Origin: Rhizophagus irregularis
Lineage: Eukaryota
Direction of reading: 5' to 3'
DNA: 64,000 bases
Assembly: GCF_026210795.1 (NCBI RefSeq)
Contig: NC_089435.1
Location: 2,728,001-2,792,000, forward strand
Within the stretch, counting starts at the first letter, position 1. Every line of letters begins with the position of its first letter. Below, piece after piece: positions 39,360 through 52,453 of the stretch. A program made the translations under genes and the position numbers. A model generated the notes under the pieces. That model saw only the letters and a program-made list of their open reading frames with translations, had not been told where the DNA came from and did no database searches.

Positions 39360-41792
39360 ATGAGTAATAACGATAATGACCCTCACTTTATTAACAACAT
39401 CAACTTCAACAACAACTCCAACAACTCCAACAACTCCAACAACAACAATAATAACAACAACAACAACAACAATAATAATAACGATAAATCAGTACCGATT
39501 CCAACAGAAATTCTTTTACAAATATTTTCATATTTAAATAAAGATTATATAACATTATATAATTGTTTATTAGTTAATAAATTTTGGTATATAAATGTAA
39601 TAGAAATATTATATTCTAATCCTTTTAATTTATTATTACAATCAAATACATTAAATACTTCAACAACACAACAAATTATAAATTGTAATAATAATAATAA
39701 TCATTATAATAATAATTTAAGAAAATTAATTATAATACCAAATATAAATTATTCAAAAAAATTTAATAATAATATTTATAATATTAATAATAATAATACT
39801 ATAGAAAATAGGATAGTAAAATTAATAGATTTATATATTAAATGTTTAAAAATTTGTCATGAAAATGATTTTAAAGAAATTGAGAAAAGATTAAATGATA
39901 AAGAGATTTTTTATATTTATAATAATAATTATGATGATGGGGATGGGGATATTAATCATGGTGATAGTAATAATCATGGTAACAATCATGGTGATAATAA
40001 TGATTCGGATGGTAATAATCATGGTGATAATAGTGATTCGGATGGTAAAAATCATGAAGATCAAGATTCCTCCTCCTCCTCCTCTTCTTCCTCTTCCTCT
40101 TCCTCTTCCTCTTCATTATTATTGGATTATTCATCATATTTGAGATATTTAAGATATGATGATTTATTTAATTTCACTTCTATTTACTTAAATTCATTTC
40201 CTCATAATACAAGAAAAAATTTCGTCTCTTTAAACAACAACTATTATTACAACAACAGCATCATCAACAACAACAACAATAATAATGGTTTCAAGAAATC
40301 ATTATATACTTATAATCCTTATAGTATTATAACGAAGAGAACGATAGTAATGGAATTATTTAAAAAATTTTTAAATCAACGTAAAAATTTAATAGAATTA
40401 TCATTAAATACGAATTTTATTAATGATTTTAAAAAATTCGAGATGAATTTTAACGGTATCGATCAAGATTTATTTGATATATTTAATGAAAAAACTTTAG
40501 ATGATAACGATCATAACGATTATAACGATCATAGTAACGATGATGATGATAATAATAATAATGATAATATACGTACTTTAATTTGTGGTGGGATTAAATT
40601 TGATGAAATATTAAAATCATTACAAAATAATTTAAAATTATCATCTATAAAAAATTTTATAATGGATTTTAATTTACCTTATAATTTTAATTTAAGTAAT
40701 AAATATTATATTTCTTCAAATAAGATAGTGAATTTTTTATCCACACAAAAAAATTTAAAAAAATTATGCGTTGTTGGAAGATATTATGAATTACATGATA
40801 TTTTTTTAAAATTATCTCAACGTAATATTTTAAAAAAATTATCTTGTTTAGAATTTTATGGTATAGTATTTAATAATAATAATCATTTAACTATAGGAAA
40901 TGGAAATGGAAATGATGAAAATTCTCTTAATAATAATAATTTAATTCAAGGAAAATCTCTTATAAATGAGATAATTTTTTGTAATAATTTACAAGAACTT
41001 GTATTTGAAGATTGTGTAAATCTTACTAGTGATACTTTATTTCAATTACGTAATTCAAAATTTACGTCCTTAAAAAAATTCACTTTTAGAAATTGTTCAG
41101 GAAAAAATATTCATTCTTCTTCTTCACATAATTCTTTAGCGTATCTTATTAAAAATAATAGAAAATTTCTTGAAGAAATTAGATTTGGAAGAAAATTAAA
41201 ATGGTTTATAAGAAAAATTTATGATGTTGGTGGTATAGTATTAGAAGAAATGATGAGATGTGAAAATTTAAAAGTAATAGAATTTTGTTTATTGGTTAAT
41301 ATTGTTGAAGAATTTTTAGATTTACTTCGATCATGTAAATCTTTAGAAAAAATTATTATATCAATAGAAGGTGAATTAAGTGATAATGAATTATTTTGGA
41401 AAAGATTTGGTAATTCTTTAAATGAAAATCGTAATTCTTTAAATGAATTATCAATTTGTATAGGTGGTGGTATAGGAACTAATAATAATGAAAATGAATT
41501 ATGGATTGAAATGTTTGAATGGTTTTTTAATTCTTGTGATATTCCTATTAATATATTGAAATTTCCTACGTGTCATTCTATTAATGAAAATTATTTAAAA
41601 ATTATTGAAAAATATGCTAAAAGGGTTGGTGGTATAAAAAAGATTATGTTATGTGAAGGTATTATAAGAAGGAAAAATTCTATTGATTTGAAATTTGAAG
41701 GTGTACAATATTTACAAATTTGTTGTAATGATGTAGAATTTGATGATGATGATTTGATAAAAAAAATTAGATTTAGAAGTAATATTCAATAA
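39360..41792 (+). CDS. F-box / LRR protein with Asn- and Ser-rich low-complexity inserts (~810 aa, intronless)
   Basis: First in-frame ATG at 39360 (MSNNDND); IPTEILLQIF..LYNCLLVNKFW..ILYSNPF, LLDYSSYLRYL, LRRs; C-terminal half is collinear with the 36584 gene (IRFGR/LRLGR, DNELFWKR/DDERFWRK, LKFP/LQFP). Confidence 0.87.
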   Translation: MSNNDNDPHFINNINFNNNSNNSNNSNNNNNNNNNNNNNNNDKSVPIPTEILLQIFSYLNKDYITLYNCLLVNKFWYINVIEILYSNPFNLLLQSNTLNTSTTQQIINCNNNNNHYNNNLRKLIIIPNINYSKKFNNNIYNINNNNTIENRIVKLIDLYIKCLKICHENDFKEIEKRLNDKEIFYIYNNNYDDGDGDINHGDSNNHGNNHGDNNDSDGNNHGDNSDSDGKNHEDQDSSSSSSSSSSSSSSSSLLLDYSSYLRYLRYDDLFNFTSIYLNSFPHNTRKNFVSLNNNYYYNNSIINNNNNNNGFKKSLYTYNPYSIITKRTIVMELFKKFLNQRKNLIELSLNTNFINDFKKFEMNFNGIDQDLFDIFNEKTLDDNDHNDYNDHSNDDDDNNNNDNIRTLICGGIKFDEILKSLQNNLKLSSIKNFIMDFNLPYNFNLSNKYYISSNKIVNFLSTQKNLKKLCVVGRYYELHDIFLKLSQRNILKKLSCLEFYGIVFNNNNHLTIGNGNGNDENSLNNNNLIQGKSLINEIIFCNNLQELVFEDCVNLTSDTLFQLRNSKFTSLKKFTFRNCSGKNIHSSSSHNSLAYLIKNNRKFLEEIRFGRKLKWFIRKIYDVGGIVLEEMMRCENLKVIEFCLLVNIVEEFLDLLRSCKSLEKIIISIEGELSDNELFWKRFGNSLNENRNSLNELSICIGGGIGTNNNENELWIEMFEWFFNSCDIPINILKFPTCHSINENYLKIIEKYAKRVGGIKKIMLCEGIIRRKNSIDLKFEGVQYLQICCNDVEFDDDDLIKKIRFRSNIQ
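39405..39482 (+). repeat. (AAC/AAT)n coding microsatellite encoding poly-Asn
   Basis: Visible trinucleotide run. Confidence 0.9.
40068..40115 (+). repeat. (TCC/TCT)n coding microsatellite encoding poly-Ser
   Basis: Visible trinucleotide run giving about 16 consecutive Ser. Confidence 0.9.
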
Positions 41793-44700
41793 GTATAGAT
41801 AACTTAGGGTTCGTAGGGTTAGGGTTGGTGTATATATAATTACGTTCGACGTTGGTACGTTCGACGTTTTCAATTTCCAATACGCACAGATCTTGATCGT
41901 GATGATCTGAGTAAGTAAGTTGTTTATTACTTTTTTTTTTAAACATATATTGTAATAATTGATTTTCTATAATTTTACGTACCATGTTTTTGTATTTTTT
42001 TAGGTTCAAAGCAAATAAGTAGCAACAGAAGATGGCAGGTTAATTTTGGATCAGGTACGCAACTACAAGTATTTCGTCCACGGGACGACGCTTTCTTTCT
42101 TCCATGGACTATATAGTTATCATCACTTCACTCTTCCCCTTCTCCTTTCATTCCCTCGCCCTTTCGTCCTTTCCCTTCCTTTACCATCCTTAGCCTTTTC
42201 CTCTACTATTGCCTATTATTTCCTTCCTGTCCTCTTCACCGCTCCTTCACCCTTTCCTTTTGCCTCAACGTTGGTGATATAAGTCAGAAACGATAGATAG
42301 AACATGTATATATATATATGATGATGTTAAATTATAAATCAATTTATTTCACTTATTTAATATATTAAATTGTTTCCAATCTGTATAAACAAAATTTAAT
42401 AAAGATTTTATTTTATTTCCTATTCTAATTATCAAATGATCGTGACGTGATCAAAGTAATGCGATCACATGTTCACATCGATTATTTAAAAGTATTATAT
42501 TTACAATTTATTTTCTTTCCGTAGCCGTTTTTACTCGGGAGGGATGTGCTTAGCACTTCCCTCCACTGGATCATTTTCGACACCAGGGTGGCGCTGTCAG
42601 ATTTGGCGGTTTGGTTCACGATTTAATTTAGAATTACTTTTAGGCTTACGTATAGTTCGTCCCTGTAGTATGTATCGTGACTTTGTTCACATGGAAATTA
42701 TAAATAAAATAAAATTTATAATTTCTTTTCCAGCTTCTTCAGTCTATATTATTGGAGAACCTAAAAGCCAAAACGCCAAAACGCCGGAGCCGTGATGATA
42801 ATGAGATCAAGGCTTTAACCCGCTGATCCGTGAAATAACTGGTTTATACCACGAAGACTAACGTCCCGTATACAATATTAAACTATCGATAGACTTTTTT
42901 AGCTTTATCCTTTAAATAAGCATCACCCATAAAATATTAATAAGGAAAATCACGGACGACTATTAAGGAAACGTGGTATAAAAATACCAATTCATTCTCG
43001 TTCACAATAATAGCACTTTCTTATGTCATTTAAATAGTGATAAATTGATAGATGGGGACAATTTAATAATATACTTATTTATGTGTTAAAATGAAAGTCT
43101 CAGAAAATGAAATCGAGAAAAGGAATATTCGATCGTCAGCGCAAAAAAAAGGCCCTCCATAACGTAAAAGTTTCATGCCTTATGTCGCCACAATTTAAGC
43201 GCCAAAAGCGTTCAACTTAGCCACATACGATCTCAAATACTTAATTACATAATATATTAGTTATGTTTATAAAAAAAATTCACAAAAGATATATAAGTAC
43301 AAGCATATCACGTACGTTGAATTACAATTATTACTAAAATTGAATAATCAAACTTACTTTTTATAAATTTATTAATAAAATATTTATAAACTTAAAAAAC
43401 AAAATAGTTAATTTTCAAGAATGATCTTTTTATTGTTTTTATTGAATATTTTTTTTTTTTAGGAATTATCCACTTTCATGATAAAAACAAATTTCCGTGT
43501 TGATATCGAACAGCTTAATATTTAAATGCTTTAATTCATCTTTTCAACTTCTTTTTAAGTTTGCAGTATATTCCCATTTTTAGTTGCTTTTTCACATTTT
43601 CTTCAACGGATAGAATTTTCACGGCAAATAGGAAGACCACAACTTTCTTCAATGATGTCTCTTCGATCTCAGAAAGTCAATGGTTATTGCTAACTTGATA
43701 CAGCCTTCGAAGAACTATTCGTAGTCTCACCTTTTCATCTTATTGCCTCTTTTATTGTTGGTTTCCCGTTGCTATCTTACCTAATTGAAATGAAATATTG
43801 CTTGGTACTTTTAGTATGGAACCAGTTAATTAGGTGACAAATAGGATTTCACCTACTCGAAAAAAACAAAGTCCCTCAGATAAATAGTAAACGTGGTGGG
43901 TGTTGCACGTTATAAATAAAAATAGATCACTTGATCGAAGAATCTTTCTGAGAATTTAGCATTATTTCAAGACACGTTGAACCAAGAGTCCCTCTCGTCT
44001 CTCGCTCTTCTTCAAGGTCAAAGATCATCGCCTCCCTTAGGATCGCGATTTGGTTGTTAGTGTTAGAATTATTCTCGGCTTAATGTATTTTGTCCTTATA
44101 GTTTGTACTGCAACTTTGTATCTTCTGCGTCATAAAAATAAAACGTTGAATCAAGAGTTCATCACTGTAGTCTAGAAGAATGTCTCCTGAGCTAGGAGTT
44201 CCCAGCTTGCGCTCGAAATAAAGAGTTCACCACTGCGATCAAGAGTCACTTGCTTTCTTTTAATAATTTTATCTTTCAGATGTCAATTATTCTTGAGCTT
44301 TATTTCAGTGTTTCAGTGTTTCAGTATCAGACCAAAATTTTAGGTCGCGAGTTGCGACACCGTTTTTATATAATCATGCACGCTCCGTTTATCATTTCGC
44401 TACCACATGTCCTATTCTTGACCATAGCAAGATAAAGTTATTTGGAGTTATTAGCAGCAGGCCATGAATAAATGAAAAAATTAAGATACTTCTTTTTAGT
44501 GACCAAGATTTCAAATGCATGATCGATAAAAACTCGATCACGTTTAATTATTCACGTGATATAGATATTGCATTTTATTGGCCAAATATCACCAATCTCC
44601 AATATTAATTTTGGCTCGAATTACGAATTTTGTGATTGATCTGGTGCTTGACAAAGTCAATGGCCGAGCATAATTGGACTCGATTAAATTCTAATTCCTA

Positions 44701-45118
44701 ATTTTGACATTTCCTTACAAATTTTGTTTGAAGTACATCAAACTTCAGAGAAATAAATAATAATGAACTATCTCTCGAGCTAGCAGTGGGAAGCTTGTAC
44801 ACAACTGAATACCGTGGAGCATTAACCATTTTTTGACCTGGTTGAGCGAGATATGAAAACGGAAAATTTTATTTTTTATTACCTAATTAGGTTACAGTTT
44901 TCACGCAGTGACGCAGATCAGATCAAGATTGATTCATTACTATCTATTAGTATTTTGATACTTTTGATGATAATTTATTTCATCATCTAAGAGAATATTT
45001 TAAATATGTCTAATGACTTTCCGCTAGATGCCCAATTATTTATATTTCAAAATGCTAAAGTGCTTAGATCTGTTATTCAGCAAACCGTTCTCCCCTGGCT
45101 TTATGGATCGGGTGGTAT

Positions 45119-45278
45119 CCCAGTAAATAGTTTTGTATAAATTTGTACCAAATGGGTTCATCCACATATAATTGGATCTAGATTGGCTTAAATTTGGATT
45201 ATTTTTTGCGTAAATTTGAGCTAATTTCGAACCAATGAGCCCGTTTGGTATAAATTTATACAAAAACTATTTACTGGG
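45119..45278. mobile_element. MITE with CCC...GGG termini (160 bp)
   Basis: ~43-bp TIR CCCAGTAAATAGTTTT(T)GTATAAATTT(g/a)TACCAAA(t/c)GGG(t/c)TCAT; TAT on both flanks. Confidence 0.8.
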
Positions 45279-45660
45279 TATTTGATGCAATTCTGCAAAA
45301 GGCCGAGTAACGCTTTAGCCGACTTGTAGAATTGTAAATGTAAATTTAGTCTGATGACGAGGTTTTATGACGGGTTTGCATTTATTTTTTGTCAATTATT
45401 TGCGTATGATAGCGAGGTCGGTATTTAAAGATTTCTATTTTCTACGAAGTACAATAAAATACAAACAAATCATGTCAGTATATAGCGAATTCTCAAGTGG
45501 CAGCAGCGATAACATCGATGTAAAGCAACAAATGATTTGCATGCTCTCATTGTAAATGCCTTAAGAAAAAATGTGTTAATCCAAACATTTTCTGAACAAA
45601 TTCAATTTATAACCAGTCCAATTTCTGGAAAATACAACTGAAATAGTTATTAGCCGAAAA

Positions 45661-45741
45661 TAGGGGTTGAATTAGTCCGATTTGGTACAGTCCAGTCCCA
45701 AAAAGACCAGTCTTTTAGCCAAGACTGGACCGGACCGATCC
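45661..45741. mobile_element. Solo hAT-like terminus
   Basis: TAGGGGTTG start followed by clustered AGTCC/GGACC repeats; no partner end found. Confidence 0.4.
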
Positions 45742-48203
45742 AAGTTTTGACAAAATTTCAAAAATTTATGTTTATTGATTATTAAAATATTTTTAAAAAA
45801 ACGTAAAACTATTATTAATAAGAAGGTGATGATAGGAGTAAGGTAGAGGATGATGAAAACAAAGGGGGAGAATGGAGGCCTATCGTGGAAAAGGTAAAGA
45901 TAGAGGTAGACATTTTAGAGGTAGAGGTACACAGAGTAGAGGTAGACGTTAGTAATTAGTAATTAGTAGATAATCTTATTGAAATACATAGTTAGCTTTC
46001 CTTTGGCATTTAGTGATGAGTTTTCGTCGTACCTATCATTGCACGCTGATGGAGTTAGTAGATAGCAATTGATGTTCTTGAATTTATTTTGTACCATCTA
46101 CAGTTTAAATTTATAATAAAAAATGTGCGTTACTAACAAAAAAAAAAACAACTATAATTTATTCCAATCAATAAAGAATCCATTCAAATATTGACAGTTA
46201 ATTACTAATTTTCTAAGTTTATAAAATTAAAATTTTTATGATGTGATATTTAAGTTTTGATAAATAGTTAATAAATTTTTTTTTATTAATCGGATCAAAT
46301 TTTAGAGTGAGGTTCGCTTAAACTAGTTTTTGGTTTTAATTGACCTAATATTCCCATTATAAACATGATTTTAATATCACAAATTATTTGTCACTGACTC
46401 GTTCAGATACAAAACAAAAATGAACTCCTAATTATACCAACATAAAAATGGAAATTCTTTTATATACTGTATTAGATTTTACAGATAAAAAATGATTTTT
46501 TAATTGATAATTAATAAAAAAAGCTGAATTAATTAAAATGTTTAAGGAATATTACTAAGTATAAAATAAAAATAAGATTATCATGAGCAAGAACTTTAAG
46601 AGATTCTCTAGGAACCATGTTTTATTGACGAAATTCATTTATTTTTGAATAATAAATTTCTATTTCTCTTTTTTTTATTTCGAAAATACCTTTTTTTAAT
46701 GATCATGGGAATGTGGTGCATAAAAAATTAATTGCCCCATAAATAATACTTTGTAACATAATAAAATAATTAATCAATATAAAATAATAATGAAATACGT
46801 TTATTGATAGTAGTTTAAATTGAATGATCGATGAAATATCGATTGCACGTGATAATGTTCAAATAACAAGAAATGTATATTTGACAACTTTGATACGTGT
46901 CTTTTAAGAAATTAACATCTAATTTTTGGAAAATTGACAATGAGAAATCTAAAAACACAATGTAAATTTAAGAAATTCAAGAAATAAATGGTTTTGATAT
47001 GCAAATAATGAAGATGTCATGTCTTTGTTTAATAAATACGAATAAAATCAGGGTTATAAACGTAAGATATAAATTTACCATCTTTAATAATTTTCAACGA
47101 TTTTTTTTTACAAAAAAAATACTTGAAGATTCTGCGTTGATACTATCATTTTTTTTTCATTCTTGTTCGGAAAGATTACAATTCCTAAATTTATTACGTT
47201 CCAAATTTTAGTTTTATTTAATTAATAAATCGAGTAAATATAAAATAATGAATATATATAAATAAATCAATAAAATCTTTAATAATTTTAGAAAACACTT
47301 AACTAGTCTTGTGAGAAAGACATCCTATGACCATTAGTGAACATGATGAACCAGAAGGTACAGTACATAACAATACTTACGTAATTCTCTATCATGTTGC
47401 GTGACACGACTATATAATTATTTTAATTAAAAACTGTAAAATAAAATTTGCAATTAAAAAATCAAAATTGGCTTTTTAATGGTTCTCCTTTTATCATTTA
47501 AAGATAGAATTAAAGAAGACTCTAGGAAAAGGAGACTTCAGAGAAAGGAAAAAAGTCAACAATAATAATAGTCATTACGGAAAACCAATGTTGAAAAGAA
47601 AATAATTTGAAAAAGAAAGAATGATCTCTGAATGGAAATAATATTTTTCTCGTAACTTACAACAAAAAAATTATGAGTTTGATCATAACACAAAAATTTT
47701 TTTGATAAATATTTAGTCATGTACTAGTAAACAAATGGTTAGAAGAAATTTATAGCTTATTTTATTCATGTAAATAAATACATGTAAAATATTACTTGTA
47801 ATTTAGCAAATTTATTCTTCCAAAAAAAAAAAGAATTTTCACATTTCATTTCTTATAAAATCTACTAATGCGCATATTAAAAATGATTAAAGTCGTACTG
47901 GACATGAAATAAATTTCATTTTACCCAAATTAATAAAATTAATAAAGTAAAATAACTTATTTAATATAAGAAGAAATAAGTATTTGTTTAAAAGAGAAGG
48001 GAAAGAAAATGTTGAAATAGTAGTAATAGTCACGTTATTATATCAAGATTGAATCAGAAAAAAAAAAATAATAACTGTAAACAGGGATTAAGGGATTATT
48101 GTTTTATTGTCATGTTATTATTAAATATACGTGGTTACGATATTTGTACTTGTCATTGCGTAGTAGATCAGATGCATATTCACCTATTTTACTGACACCT
48201 GTT

Positions 48204-48890
48204 TCACCGACATAAAATTTACTGACGTAATTTTGCCTACTTGCCATTTTACCGACATCACATTTTCCGAAATTATTTTAACGAATCCTTATTTTGCCGA
48301 CGATCATGAAATTTTGTCCTTATAGTATTAAAAAGCAAGAAATATTTTCAATGACATAAATATTTTGTTTCTAAAATTTCTAACCGTAATATTTGAAAAA
48401 AAAATAGAGAAAAGATTACAAAGGAATAATTAGATTGGTGCTTTTAAAATCTTGCATTTTGTTAATCAGTTTGTTGAACTTCAGCACTTGAAATAATTTG
48501 AAAATTAAGGCGCAGTAAGGAGTGAGGCGCAGCTAATAAATTTTGACTTCCCTAGCGTAACCAGCGTAACCTGAAAAAAATGTCATGAAATGGCCGGCAT
48601 TACGCAACTTGACTGAAATTAAGTGTGGCGCAATTGTGACGAATAATGTGTGACGAATAAGTTTTTACCTACTCGAAAAAAACTAAGTCCCTCAGATACT
48701 TATAGAAAATGGAAACGCAGTGGGGTGTGACGGTTGTGACAAAAAAAGTCACGTGATTTTTCGTGACATTTTTTTCATGTTACGCTGGGAAAGTCATAAA
48801 TTTTTGGTTGAAATGACAAGTCGGGTAATTTTACATGTCGGTAAAATGGAAGTCAGCAAAATGGCGTCGGTTAATTTCATGTCGGTAGAA
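48204..48890. mobile_element. Degraded long-TIR (Mutator/foldback-like) element with a nested insertion
   Basis: Left ttcaccgacataaaattttactgacg..ccattttaccgacat mirrors right atgtcggtaaaatgg..cgtcggttaatttcatgtcggtagaa; termini and TSD eroded. Confidence 0.6.
48538..48803. mobile_element. Inner MITE-like inverted-repeat element
   Basis: aaattttgacttcc..ccagcgtaacctgaaaaaaatgtca pairs with tgacatttttttcatgttacgctgggaaagtcataaattt; internal motif acctactcgaaaaaaa..aagtccctcagata recurs at ~43851-43882. Confidence 0.6.
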
Positions 48891-49244
48891 TATTAAAATT
48901 GTACTGTAACCGTTCAGATAAATTTTCTTTTATGGTTCTTACACAAAAAATGTTTACGTACAGTATATAGTTACATGTTGTATCATTATTTTTATTATCA
49001 ATTTATCATATATTAAATATTTATTTGAAAATTAACGTTATCAGTATTTTTATTATAAATTTTGTAATTAAATAATTTTTTGGTAAAAAATGGAATGGGT
49101 TAAAAAGAAGCCTAAAAATTATGGGAAAATATTATTTAAGGAATTAATCTTTATTTTTCTGTCATTGTGATTTAACTAAATTATAAACAAAATCTATTCT
49201 AAAAAGGAAATTTATATATATATCATTTATTCCAGTAAAGTTAG

Positions 49245-49328
49245 AGCTCCAGGAAATGATCCGGTCGGGAAATGACCAATCGGAAAATTGATTTCAGGAA
49301 AATGATATTCAGGAAGAACCAGTCTATC
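49245..49328. mobile_element. Solo Mutator-like terminus (GGAAA(A)TGA repeats)
   Basis: About five ~15-bp units such as tcaggaaaatgat ending in agtctatc; no partner end found. Confidence 0.35.
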
Positions 49329-50405
49329 AATCTTCTCATTTAACAAAATTTACTACATGGCAGTTAAATGAGAGAATCTGACGATCACACATCTGAATCA
49401 AATTTTTTATGACGTGATGACTGTCGTGATGTTGATCCACATAATGTGGAAATATAAATGATTTTATCCGTTATTTCTGTAAAAACTCCTAATTATTATA
49501 CTAATCTACTCTGATCAGCAAATTATAATTCCTTTTTTCATTTAAACATTTAAACATTATATTATTATAATAAAAATTAACAAAAAAAACAAAAAAAATT
49601 CTGCTTGTTATTTAACTACACTAGTGATCTAGATAAACGAAAAAAGATTCAAACACGTGCCATAATGATGATGCGATAATAATTTTTGTAATCGATGGGA
49701 CTAAACTGATATATAAGTGAACCACTCCTCCAGTGCGACAATGAATATGTCAATTTGACTTATTTTTTATGCATCCATACTATTATTAATTTTGAATTAT
49801 TAAATGAATTATAAATATTTTATTATATTTAGTTAATTGACTGGTGACATTGGTCATAATACATATGATTATACGAGAATAATAAAAATATTTCGTAAAT
49901 GGTGATTATTCGAATTAGTTGATCATATTATTGAATGTGTTATCTGATCACGAAAATAATTCCATCGTAATTATTATGTAATAATTATTTTTATATGATT
50001 TAATCTGTAGAGTAGCTGAATACTATAATCACATATACGATCACAGTTGAAGAGATGGGATCTTGGTTATTCTCATACAAAAAAAATGGCTAACGGGTAA
50101 ACAGATTGGAACACTATGTCAAGCACATACTGTAGGTGTCCAGGTTTGATGGTTTTGTTCAGCTTGGCTGCTATAATTTACATCCTAACCATTATCGATT
50201 TCATCAGCTTTGCGTTTATGCGTCAAGGCTGATTCCATCTGCACGGATGTCTGGGAAAATCTCCATAAAAAAAATCATAGTTAACACAAGCCTAATAAAA
50301 GGTTTTATATTGTGAGAAATAAATGAAAACATATAGTTTAGAATCTAAATAGTTTAATTTTTATTATTATATTAATGTCAATTACAAATACATTTGTTAT
50401 TACTT

Positions 50406-50687
50406 AATTATTATTTATTGATTAATAAAATTTCATTAAAGGTAGAATTAAATCGAAAGAAAATAGTTAATAGAAAGTTTTGAAAGCTAAAAGTAAGAGC
50501 GAAAACTATAGTAAAATAGATAATAGTCACACAGGGTAAGATTACATTAATTATTATTATTAGATTAATAAAATTTCATTAAAGGTAAAAGTAAATCGAA
50601 AGAAAATAGTTGATAGAAAATTTTGAAAGCTAAAAGTAGAGCGAAAACTATGTAAAATAGATAATAATCACACAGGGTAAGATTACA
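50406..50687. repeat. Tandem duplication, two ~142-bp units
   Basis: gattaataaaatttcattaaagg...cacacagggtaagattaca at 50420-50546 and 50563-50687. Confidence 0.88.
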
Positions 50688-50778
50688 ATATAATAGAACT
50701 TAAGGTTCTGATGATCAGAATCCGTTAAAAATTAATGGTTGAAAAAAAGAAATCGTGTAACATTTTGCTAAAGTTGGT

Positions 50779-51228
50779 TTAGCATTCGAATACATCCCAA
50801 GAATCTATAGTACCATGAAAGTGCCAACATTTATCCCATCATTATTGAATGGGCCACGCCATTTATCTTCTTCAGTAGACGCACCAACTCTAAAAGCAAG
50901 CCAATATGATTGCACGTTATCAGGAACTAGTTATAACCAACATGAGCCCATTCGCCCTGTATGTCAATTGCACCAGAATCACCATGCCAATCAAAGTTCC
51001 CTTTTTTATTTTCTAAGACGGTTGCTGTATTAGTCCATGTACCAGCAGTTACCTTGTTATGTATCCATACGGTATGGTCCGCATACACTTATTTCAATAG
51101 AAAGTTATTAGAACAGATGATTATTAGTTATTTTGTCATGATTATTAAAAATTACCTTCAGTGAACGGCGTTAAGACTTGGATAAAAATGATTGCAACGA
51201 TTATGGTAAAAGAAAAGGAAGATTTCAT
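50779..51228 (-). pseudogene. Small secreted Trp-rich protein (candidate effector, ~127 aa) with two frameshifts; exons 51228-51156 and 51087-50779
   Basis: MKSSFSFTIIVAIIFIQVLTPFTEVYA signal peptide, then DHTVWIHNKVTAGTWTNTA..GEWAHVGYN/VPDNVQSYWLAFRVGASTEEDKWRGPFNNDG/DKCWHFHGTIDSWDVFEC*; GT-AG intron; not in the ORF track. Confidence 0.78.
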
Positions 51229-51640
51229 GGCGAATAAACTTTTTTTTTTTCAGTAGAGCTAGTGAGGAATTTTCCGGAGCCTTTTATTAGACACTTGGCT
51301 GATCTCAGTCATGTGAACAAAAATTAGCAATAAATGTTCTCTCCATTCTACTTTCTGTTTTATCCCTTAATATAATACGGAGAATGATGCAAATCTGAAT
51401 GATCATGTTAGATGATTGAATAAATGACAATGGCAGATTGATTTATTATAAACAACTATAAGTAAAATCATTAGCTGAGGTACTTAGAAAATGTAGGTGA
51501 TAATGATAATAACAAAAGTTATAATGAAAATATCTAAATAAAAAAGGACCGCATGTTTCCAAAAGTCTCTGATACCTTCTTTCTAATTCATGGTTGGCCT
51601 TTGGTCGGCCTTTATTATGGGTTTAATATACGTCGTAAAC

Positions 51641-51825
51641 TAGAGCTGTGACCCGCCAGAATTCAGTAAATCAATATTCGAGTATTCCTGGTAATCCTTA
51701 GGATGCTAATAATCCTTATTGATTTGCGATCGGATCATACCTAAATAAAAAAGGCTTAGCGGGTATTACTCGTTTTATACTTTACCATATATGACCCGAG
51801 TAATATCCTGGTATGCTCTGGTAAA
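51641..51825. mobile_element. Solo hAT-like terminus
   Basis: TAGAGCTG start with repeated GACCCG/GAGTA(A)T motifs; no partner end found. Confidence 0.35.
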
Positions 51826-52320
51826 TAATTTTATAAAATTTAAAAGTTTAACGCATTTTTATTGTTAAATTTGAAAACAATACATTTTTGTAATTTTATG
51901 GTTACTGTAAATTTAATAAAAAAATAAAATTGTTCTTTACTTCACTACCACTATTTTAATAAAATATCATTTACTTATTTCAACTTTTTTCCGTTAGTAG
52001 CCTTAATTAAAATTAAAATACATTAATAAAATGAGTATGTTTATTTTGGAAAGTAAGATTCAGATTACTGCAAGTTTATTCTCACCATATGGAGGGCGAA
52101 TATTAATCAACTGCTGTTCCGCCTTAAAAAGAGTTTTTTTTTTAATATATTTGCTCATTTTCTATTTCGGATCATCTATAGAGACTGCCGATAAAAGATT
52201 TTCCAGTTAACTGTTGATGAATTTTTCCAGGACCTGAGCAATATAGATAACAAGAAAGGTCAAAAAATTTATAATAGCTCTACGCAAGGTTTTTATTAAT
52301 CAAACTCAACATGTGAATTC

Positions 52321-52453
52321 GGGTCTGGTACAAAATCCCGAATGTCAAAATCCCGAAAATCCCGAACCGGGCAGCATTATGCTTAATGTTGGCCAATATT
52401 TCGGGATTTCGTACCATTCGGGATTTTGACATTCGGGATTTTGTACGGATCCC
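52321..52453. mobile_element. MITE with GG...CC termini and 8-bp TSD (Mutator- or Merlin-like, 133 bp)
   Basis: TIR GGG....GTACAAAATCCCGAATGTCAAAATCCCGAA; perfect TSD GTGAATTC (52313-52320, 52454-52461). Confidence 0.88.

Noticed and set aside
42020..44260. Purine/pyrimidine-skewed and coding-like patches
   Set aside because: Multiple stops and no recognisable domain; probably decayed gene or TE debris that cannot be assigned
50090..50265. Coding-like minus-strand fragment (ESALTHKRKADEIDNG*)
   Set aside because: Too short, has an in-frame stop, no recognisable family
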